25,369 bases of DNA from an uncultured Chloroflexota bacterium. Lineage in GTDB: Bacteria > Chloroflexota > Anaerolineae > Aggregatilineales > Phototrophicaceae. Below are positions 7,378-14,339 of the stretch, piece after piece. The stretch is taken from positions 1 through 25,369 of the forward strand of contig CALDGT010000155.1 of NCBI GenBank assembly GCA_937942935.1. The letters are read 5' to 3'. Position 1 is the first letter of the stretch; each line of letters begins with the position of its first letter. The translations under genes and the position numbers were made by a program. Below the pieces are notes generated by a model. The model saw only the letters and a program-made list of their open reading frames with translations. It ran no database searches and was not told the origin of the DNA.

Positions 7378-9378
7378 ATGACGAATAAATCCACATTCAG
7401 ACGGTCTTTTTTGCTGATGACCCTCATCTCGATGGGGTTATTGCTGGCGATTGCATTCGATTTGAGCGAATGGTTGCGCGGGGGGTACGGTTGGCGTTGG
7501 GGATATATCCGCACACCATACCCACGCATGATTGTTTTGGGATTGCTCATTATTGGCTATCTCATTGTGATATGGCAATTGCAAAAAAGACGGTTGTGGA
7601 TGTTATTTTTGGGTGTGATGCTCGGTGCAACGGTCATCGCATGGGGCGCGGCATATTTGCGTGATGGTGATGCACTGTTCACCATGCTTGTCCGCACCCT
7701 ATCTACAGGCGCAACCGCCCCGCAACCCGTTGGGGTGTGGCTTAATTCTGCCGAAGCAGAACCCTTATGGCGTGATTGGTCTATGCTCATGCCCAACCTA
7801 CCCCGTCATGTGGCACTCAGCCCACCCGGTGCGCCGTTTTGGTATGCGTTGCTTGAATCGGTTTTCAATGCCTTTCCAACATCCGTCACAGAAGCCTTAC
7901 GCGCACCATTATTCCCCTATCAATGTCAGATTTATAGCTTCACACAATATAGCCCTGCCGAGTGGTCAACTGCTTGGTTTGGGATTACGATGCCGTTTTG
8001 GGCAAGCCTAATTGTCATCCCGTTATTTGCCACCGCCAAACAATTTTTTTCTGATGAAGCGTCACGGCGCATCATCATTGCATGGGCGCTTGTGCCAAGC
8101 ATCGCCCTATGGGGTGGGTCTTGGAATAGTTTATATCCACTATTCGCCATCACCAGCTTTTTATATTTACACTTAGGCATTACCTATAGCGCCAAAAATG
8201 GCTTACGGCGGGCGCGTAGTTTGCGCTATTTGCTCATCAGTGGATTTATTGCGGGAATTGCTAGTTTTATCAACTTTGCATTCATGCCCATGTTTTTATT
8301 GTTTGGGCTATACACCCTCATCAGCGCATTTTGGGGGCAAAAACCAGTTCGCTCCTCGCGCTTATTTCATGCCGAGATGGTTGGCATCATTTTTGGCTTG
8401 GGGATGATAAGTGTGTGGGGAATTTATTGGCTATTCACGCGAGAAACACCCCTCGAAATTTTGAATGTGGCGCTCGATGACCATTTAGAGCTAGACCGCA
8501 ATTATTGGTTTTGGGTGGTGGTACACGTTTGGGATTGGGTTTTATTCGCGGGGATTATGTGGGCGCTCCTCAGTTTGTATGGCTTATTCTGGGGATTGCG
8601 TGGACGCGAAAAAGGGGCGATTCAACCCATTTCATTGCTCAGTTTGGCGTTATGGCTCACGGTACTCATCACCACATTAAGCAATACTGCCCGTGGCGAG
8701 ACGGGGCGGGTTTGGTCTTGGATGATACCGTTTTTACTTTTGAGCGCGTATGATGGCATCACTCGTTTGGTGAATCATCCCAAAGAACGGCACATGAGCC
8801 TTGCCGATTCTTGGTGGGTAGTCAATTGGGTGCAGGCGACTGCAATTGTTTTACTGGGTAGTTTTTTGAGCGTCTTTAACACAGAATTACCCTTGCCAAT
8901 GCCACGCCCTAACCCTATCGAAAATACGATTCCCATACAAGCTACTTTCACCCGTGTGGACGATAATGCCACATTTCGGTTAACTGGATGGCGCGGGGAA
9001 TATGACCCAGACCAAAATGCCCTCATCCTCTCGCTCAATTGGATGAGCGACCAACAAATTTATGATGTGTTGTGGTTTGGGGCGACACCTGTCAGTCCAG
9101 ATGGGACGGCAGGTGATATGGTGATATGGCAACCGGGTGATTATATTGAGCAACTCAACCCCGAGCAACGCCAACAATTTTTGACCACTTGTTGGCGACC
9201 CGATGCAAACCCAATTGGCGATGTTGTGGTTATCCCATTGCCAGAAAATCCTTTGTCTGGTGATTGGTGGGTGAGCATTGCCATATTTGGGGATAAAGAC
9301 CAACCCGAAGGGCGTTTGTTGGTGAATGGGAGCGAATTACAAATAGGAATTGGTGGAATAGCAGTGGGTAGCCAATAA
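7378..9378 (+). CDS. Multi-pass membrane protein, probable GT-C superfamily glycosyltransferase
   Basis: About 11-13 hydrophobic segments, a large first extracytoplasmic loop, an ARGETGRVW motif before a late TM helix, and a C-terminal soluble beta domain. It starts 7 nt after the GT2 stop. The GT-C call is inference. Confidence 0.6.
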   Translation: MTNKSTFRRSFLLMTLISMGLLLAIAFDLSEWLRGGYGWRWGYIRTPYPRMIVLGLLIIGYLIVIWQLQKRRLWMLFLGVMLGATVIAWGAAYLRDGDALFTMLVRTLSTGATAPQPVGVWLNSAEAEPLWRDWSMLMPNLPRHVALSPPGAPFWYALLESVFNAFPTSVTEALRAPLFPYQCQIYSFTQYSPAEWSTAWFGITMPFWASLIVIPLFATAKQFFSDEASRRIIIAWALVPSIALWGGSWNSLYPLFAITSFLYLHLGITYSAKNGLRRARSLRYLLISGFIAGIASFINFAFMPMFLLFGLYTLISAFWGQKPVRSSRLFHAEMVGIIFGLGMISVWGIYWLFTRETPLEILNVALDDHLELDRNYWFWVVVHVWDWVLFAGIMWALLSLYGLFWGLRGREKGAIQPISLLSLALWLTVLITTLSNTARGETGRVWSWMIPFLLLSAYDGITRLVNHPKERHMSLADSWWVVNWVQATAIVLLGSFLSVFNTELPLPMPRPNPIENTIPIQATFTRVDDNATFRLTGWRGEYDPDQNALILSLNWMSDQQIYDVLWFGATPVSPDGTAGDMVIWQPGDYIEQLNPEQRQQFLTTCWRPDANPIGDVVVIPLPENPLSGDWWVSIAIFGDKDQPEGRLLVNGSELQIGIGGIAVGSQ

Positions 9379-9459
9379 ATAGACCAATAGACTAGCAATC
9401 GTAGCCTAAGCGACTTGGAAATGATGAACTTTCCGCTTATAGTGGAATAAATGATATTT

Positions 9460-9468
9460 TGCCATAAT
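9460..9468 (+). promoter_or_regulatory. Extended -10-like element
   Basis: TGCCATAAT 19 nt upstream of ATG 9488, flanked by a 9-bp inverted repeat (9425-9433 / 9469-9477). Confidence 0.4.
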
Positions 9469-9487
9469 GAAAGTTCAGTAGAGTGCT

Positions 9488-11044
9488 ATGTTCACCCAAA
9501 AATTTGCCATCATCCTATTCATCATTCTATGGTTTATTCCTATCAGCTCGGTTGATGCACAATCATCAGATGCGCCGAATTATCAGATTCGGGTGTTATC
9601 GAATGCACAACTCTCGGCGGATGAAACCACATTCACAGTGAATGTAGCGATTCTTAATATCGGCAAAGATGCCACGGTCGCCGCAACTGTTCAATTATAT
9701 CCATTCACCACACCCGATACCGTTTTGGCACAAAGCCCATTAGGTGCATTACGATTTAGCGAGGTGCGCGAGGTATCGCTGACATTTGCTGTTAGGCAAT
9801 TGCCCGCAGGCGAACAAGTGCCATTAGGTGTGCGCGTATTATTGAGCGAGGAGTTACAAACCACCTTGCTCGATAACACAACATCCTTCAGCATCACCGT
9901 CCCATTATATGATGGTGAGCAAAGTATCACCCCAATTGTGACAACACCACAACCCACTATACCTAGTCCATCATCAGAAACACCATTACCAAATGGGGTC
10001 ATCAAAATTCCAATCATCAATGTGACTATCAATTTGAACGATGAGAATCAACGCTTACTACTCGCGGGGATTTTGGTGGGGATTGTCGTCCTCATCCTCA
10101 TCCTGCTGATGATTATCCGCATTTTATTTCGCAGAACACCCTTATTCGGGAGTTACAAACCACCCTATAGCACCGTGAGTCAGTATGACCGCAACAGCAC
10201 ATTAGGGCGTAGGCAATTGTGGCAACAACACGCCCAAAATAATAGCGTACAGTATCCGTGTCGCATGGGGACATATCATGCTCGCAAATTATTGTTGGGT
10301 ATCAATGGACGTTATTTAGAAGGGTGGAAAATCACATCCCTCCGCATGATGCAATATGATATGTATGGCAGAATTACCCGTAGCCAAGTTCTAGCAAATC
10401 AAAAATGGGTTGCCCGACTCAATAAAACCGCGCATAAAGGGGCAAAACTCAAGCCCAAACAAATTTCACGCCGTGTTGCGCCGATTGCTAAATGGATGGC
10501 GGGGCAATTCAAAAAACGCCTTACCCCAAAAACCGCTCTGCTTTCGATTGCATTGGATGTCCGCCTAGAAGGAAAACATGGTGAAGTACGCATCGTATTT
10601 GAATTGCACGAGTGCCATCAGGGGATGCCCGCATTATTAGACCAATGGGACCCAGAAATGGTGATTGTGGGGCGTACTTTGCACGAAAGTTATACCTATA
10701 CACTCACAGGTCAAAATAATACGGAGACGTATCGGCAATTCCGCAAGCGGTTGCATAGCGATATTCAACAAGCCCTCGCCGATTTATGCCAAGTGGTAAC
10801 AGTCTCGCGCCCAGAACAAGTCATATCGCCACCCAATTTCTTAAATCCGCCGACGCATCCAACCAGCACCACTACCCAACGCGGATTCACACATATTTCG
10901 CCCAAAACACCCACTCAACCCATTACAGAGCGGTTGATTATTGAAGTGCCAACCGAGCATAATGTTTTGCCTATTGCCCCACCCTTACCCGATTTTGAAG
11001 GATTTTCTGATGAAACCCAACAAAGCAACCCAATGGATGACTAA
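9488..11044 (+). CDS. Single-pass membrane protein: signal peptide, CARDB/Ig-like ectodomain, P/T linker, TM helix, basic cytoplasmic domain of unknown function
   Basis: Signal peptide ending VDA|Q. CARDB-like pattern (FTVNVAILNIGKDA...LGALRFSEVREVSLTF...DNTTSFSITV). TPQPTIPSPSSETP linker. TM LLLAGILVGIVVLILILLMII followed by RILFRR. Confidence 0.75.
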   Translation: MFTQKFAIILFIILWFIPISSVDAQSSDAPNYQIRVLSNAQLSADETTFTVNVAILNIGKDATVAATVQLYPFTTPDTVLAQSPLGALRFSEVREVSLTFAVRQLPAGEQVPLGVRVLLSEELQTTLLDNTTSFSITVPLYDGEQSITPIVTTPQPTIPSPSSETPLPNGVIKIPIINVTINLNDENQRLLLAGILVGIVVLILILLMIIRILFRRTPLFGSYKPPYSTVSQYDRNSTLGRRQLWQQHAQNNSVQYPCRMGTYHARKLLLGINGRYLEGWKITSLRMMQYDMYGRITRSQVLANQKWVARLNKTAHKGAKLKPKQISRRVAPIAKWMAGQFKKRLTPKTALLSIALDVRLEGKHGEVRIVFELHECHQGMPALLDQWDPEMVIVGRTLHESYTYTLTGQNNTETYRQFRKRLHSDIQQALADLCQVVTVSRPEQVISPPNFLNPPTHPTSTTTQRGFTHISPKTPTQPITERLIIEVPTEHNVLPIAPPLPDFEGFSDETQQSNPMDD

Positions 11045-11045
11045 T

Positions 11046-12983
11046 ATGAAACTATCAACATCCCCCCTAAATCCCCTCTCTGCTTGGAGAGAGGGTTTTC
11101 GCTTATGGATTTATCCATTCAGTTATAAACCCATTTTGATGTTCATCATTATCCTATTAGCTATCCCATATAGCCTATTTGCACAAGATGAAGCCCCTAT
11201 AGATACCGCACTAGAGACTTTACGAACCTTACAAACAACACACATCCCACAAAATGACCCCATTAACCTCGCCTATCGGTTTTATGAGGTAGAAGCGCCA
11301 CCAGCACCTGTTCAGACGATACCGTATCAACGCGGAGACCAAGATGAATTTTGGGTATCTGATAATAATAGTGGCACAACACGCCGTCTCAATGCCACAC
11401 TAGAAGCCGTTGGGCAATTCGCCTATTTTTGGATAGAAGATGGCGAACCAGTGAATGAAGATGATTTGCATGATTTGGCTGTGACATTTGATGCCGAAAT
11501 TTATACCCAAGTCCGCGATATTTGGGGGTCTGAACCCCTTTTGGGTGTAGATGGTGATGCACGGTTACATATTTTATTTGCGCGTGGATTAGGAGCAAGT
11601 ACCGCCGCTTATTTTGCGCGTCGGCATAATTATCCAGAGGCAGTTTTGGCTCATTCTAATGCTCGTGAGATGTTCTTCGTCAATTTATCGAATATACCAA
11701 CAGTGAATAGCTCGTTTTTACAAAGCACACTTGCCCATGAATTTCAGCACATGATTCGCGCCAATACCACCCCAAATGAAGATGCGTGGCTCAATGAAGG
11801 ATTTTCGACATTTACCGAAGGCTACTTAGGATATGAAGCGGCAGGGCGGTATCCCAATGAGTTCTTGCGTGAACCCGATACCCAACTTACTGTGTTCGGA
11901 GTCGCCCCAAATCGGTTGGCAGAATATGGCGCGGGTTATTTATTTGTCAATTATCTTTATGACCGCTTTGGGCTAGAAGCGGTACAAGCCCTATCAAATA
12001 ACCCACTGAATGGCATGTTTGGGGTGGATGAAGTCACACAAGCGTTTGGAAATGTATCGAGTGATGAATTTTTTGCCGATTGGGTGGTGGCGAATCTGGT
12101 GCAGGATGGTCGGTGGGAATTGGGCTATCAACAACCACGCGGACTGATGCCACCTCATATTCACCGAGCAAGCGGAAAATGGTTTAATACCACACAATCA
12201 TTATCACAATATGCCACCCACTATTATGAATTGGCAGATGCAGAAGATTATTCACAGATTGAAATTGTACTGAGCCTGCCCGATATTGCCCAACTCGTCC
12301 CCATAGAAGCCTATAGTGGCGAAAAATTTTGGTATAGTAACCGTGGTGATATTAGTCACACCCGTTTATATCGTGAATTTGACCTCACCGCCGTCACCAG
12401 CGCTACCCTTACCTATCAATTATGGGCAAATTTAGAAGAACAATGGGATTATGGGTATTTGCTCATCAGCACTGATAGCGGGGCAACATGGCAAACACTC
12501 CAAACAGAACACATGACAACCGATAACCGCTTAGGGAATTTGTATGGCGAGGCGGGATATAGCTTTTCTAGTCATAAATGGCTAAAAGAGCAAATTATAT
12601 TAGATGAATTTGTGGGGCAAAAGGTCATCATCAGCTTTGAACTCATCACCGATGACGCCATTAATTATGAGGGAATGGTTTTAGATGATATTGCCATCCC
12701 CGAAATTGATTATTATGCCGATTTTGAAACCGATAATGGCGGATGGATAAGCGAGGGATGGGTTTGGGTGACAAATCAAATTCCGCAACAAGCATGGGTG
12801 CAAGTGATTCAATATTACCCGACAGGTATCCAAATTGACCGTTGGTTGTTGCCAAATAACCCAACCATATCAATTGGTTTATTAGATGATGTGGAATCGG
12901 TGGTGATGGCAATTTCACCCATCGCTCCTGTTACCACCGTCCCGACCAATTATGAGTTAGCCGTTGAATTGCGAAACGATTAA
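11046..12983 (+). CDS. Secreted zinc metalloprotease, immune inhibitor A-like (M6/M30-type)
   Basis: HExxH motif (LAHEFQHMI) with a downstream WLNEG third ligand. C-terminal InhA-type beta-sandwich (FWYSNRGD...FDLTAVTSATLTY..W..LEEQWDYGY..ISTDSGATW). Hydrophobic signal MFIIILLAIPYSLFA|Q. Start placed at ATG 11046, 1 nt after the upstream stop; 11139 is an alternative, and the ORF-track start at 10941 overlaps the previous gene. Confidence 0.85.
   Translation: MKLSTSPLNPLSAWREGFRLWIYPFSYKPILMFIIILLAIPYSLFAQDEAPIDTALETLRTLQTTHIPQNDPINLAYRFYEVEAPPAPVQTIPYQRGDQDEFWVSDNNSGTTRRLNATLEAVGQFAYFWIEDGEPVNEDDLHDLAVTFDAEIYTQVRDIWGSEPLLGVDGDARLHILFARGLGASTAAYFARRHNYPEAVLAHSNAREMFFVNLSNIPTVNSSFLQSTLAHEFQHMIRANTTPNEDAWLNEGFSTFTEGYLGYEAAGRYPNEFLREPDTQLTVFGVAPNRLAEYGAGYLFVNYLYDRFGLEAVQALSNNPLNGMFGVDEVTQAFGNVSSDEFFADWVVANLVQDGRWELGYQQPRGLMPPHIHRASGKWFNTTQSLSQYATHYYELADAEDYSQIEIVLSLPDIAQLVPIEAYSGEKFWYSNRGDISHTRLYREFDLTAVTSATLTYQLWANLEEQWDYGYLLISTDSGATWQTLQTEHMTTDNRLGNLYGEAGYSFSSHKWLKEQIILDEFVGQKVIISFELITDDAINYEGMVLDDIAIPEIDYYADFETDNGGWISEGWVWVTNQIPQQAWVQVIQYYPTGIQIDRWLLPNNPTISIGLLDDVESVVMAISPIAPVTTVPTNYELAVELRND
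11062..11095. repeat. Second copy of the REP-like palindromic repeat
   Basis: CCCCCCTAAATCCCCTCTCT-GCTTGG-AGAGAGGG, with an 8-bp stem at 11074-11081 / 11088-11095. 14/15 identity to the reverse complement of 224-238. Confidence 0.65.
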
Positions 12984-13366
12984 ATTTCCCAGACCGGTAT
13001 GCCCGATAAAATTTTGTGTAACTGGTCTGGAAATTTACTCAAACTGAGTGGTTTGCCCAAAAAGCTATGAAATCCTGCCCTGCGGGCGGTATCTATTTCG
13101 CTATTGTGAACGGTGTATGCCACAATCGGGATATTAGCGAGGTTGGGTTTGGATTTGAGATAATCTAAAATTTCAAATCCATTGTGATTGGGCAATTCCA
13201 AATCTAAAAAGATGACATCCACTTTGTCGAGGGTGTTTAGGGTTTCATCTAAATTGATGACAAATTGAATCGCCGTAAATTCGACCCCCTGACGCGCCAA
13301 CATCATGGTTAAAACTTCGATGTTCGTTTTGCTATCGTCAATGATAAGTGCATGTGGTGTTGACAT
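12980..13366 (-). CDS. Stand-alone receiver-domain response regulator (REC3)
   Basis: ALIIDD, IFLDLEL (phospho-Asp), AYTV (Thr), LGKP (Lys). No output domain. AAGGA SD. Confidence 0.93.
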   Translation of the reverse strand: MSTPHALIIDDSKTNIEVLTMMLARQGVEFTAIQFVINLDETLNTLDKVDVIFLDLELPNHNGFEILDYLKSKPNLANIPIVAYTVHNSEIDTARRAGFHSFLGKPLSLSKFPDQLHKILSGIPVWEI

Positions 13367-13399
13367 ATCTATAATCCTTTGTATTCATGTTGATAAAAA

Positions 13400-13801
13400 T
13401 TAGTCCCAAACTTCTTGACCTTCTAGGACAGATAATAATTTATGATTGAAGGTCTGAATATTGAGTGGCTTGTTGATGAATCCCGCAAAACCACGAGCGC
13501 GGGCTTTGGGGATTTCGATTGCAGGGTCAGATGCCGACACTGCTACAATCGGAATATGATTAAAATAGGGGTATTGGCGGATAATATCAAACACATCATA
13601 CCCACTGATATTGGCAGGGAACATTAAGTCTAAGAGGATAATATCAGGATGAGCAAGTTTGATTTTAGAGACGATGAGTTCTGGAAATCCCCATTTATCA
13701 AATTCAATTTTTGCCCCAGCCGATCCGACAATCATTTGGACAACATCTCGATTATTGGCATCATCTTCGATATAAAAAATCACTTTGCCTTCTAACATCA
13801 C
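13400..13801 (-). CDS. Stand-alone receiver-domain response regulator (REC2)
   Basis: FYIEDD, ILLDLMF, AVSA, INKP. No output domain. The start may be ATG 13798. Confidence 0.93.
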   Translation of the reverse strand: MMLEGKVIFYIEDDANNRDVVQMIVGSAGAKIEFDKWGFPELIVSKIKLAHPDIILLDLMFPANISGYDVFDIIRQYPYFNHIPIVAVSASDPAIEIPKARARGFAGFINKPLNIQTFNHKLLSVLEGQEVWD

Positions 13802-13830
13802 TATCCCTTTCCTAAAAGGCTCAAATAAAT

Positions 13831-13854
13831 AGGCATGATGGGTTCATCATGCCT
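13831..13854 (-). terminator. Intra-operon hairpin, weak intrinsic terminator-like
   Basis: Perfect 10-bp stem AGGCATGATG-(4 nt)-CATCATGCCT, followed on the minus strand by ATTTATTT. Confidence 0.55.
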
Positions 13855-13866
13855 TACTAAGGCAAT

Positions 13867-14271
13867 TTAGCTAATATGCCAAACTGTCTCGCCAGTGATA
13901 ACCCGTTGTATGAGGTCGGGAAAAGTCTGAATACTCAATGGTTTAGCAATCGCGCCATCAAAACCAGCCTCTCGTAATTGCTCTACTTCTTCATTCATCA
14001 CGCTTGCAGTGAGGGCGATAATCTTTGCACGAGCAAATTGGTCATTTTGGCGGAGCATTTTTAACATTTCAAAACCATCGTGTGGTGCGACATGAATATC
14101 TAACAAGATGATATTGGGGCGGTTTTCTAACCGACTCACTCGCCCTATAAAATCTTTGCTATCTTCAAAAATAGTCAGGTTATGAGACCCAACACCATTT
14201 TCAATGATAATCCGCATAATTTCACGACTCATGGGGTCGTCTTCAACGTATAGATAATAATTTTCTGACAC
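13867..14271 (-). CDS. Stand-alone receiver-domain response regulator (REC1)
   Basis: LYVEDD, ILLDIHV, ALTAS, IAKP. GTG start with an AGGAG SD. Confidence 0.93.
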   Translation of the reverse strand: MSENYYLYVEDDPMSREIMRIIIENGVGSHNLTIFEDSKDFIGRVSRLENRPNIILLDIHVAPHDGFEMLKMLRQNDQFARAKIIALTASVMNEEVEQLREAGFDGAIAKPLSIQTFPDLIQRVITGETVWHIS

Positions 14272-14339
14272 CTTTTGATTCTCCTAAAATCTGTGCTGAT
14301 GAGATGAATTTTGCATGATATTGCTAAAATACCGACAGC

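Noticed and set aside
10941-11045. ORF-track start of the metalloprotease
   Set aside because: It would overlap the upstream gene by 104 nt, uses a TTG start without an SD, and pushes the signal peptide far from the N-terminus.
11046-12983. Virulence role implied by the name immune inhibitor A
   Set aside because: Only the fold and motifs are supported. Such proteases are common in environmental bacteria.
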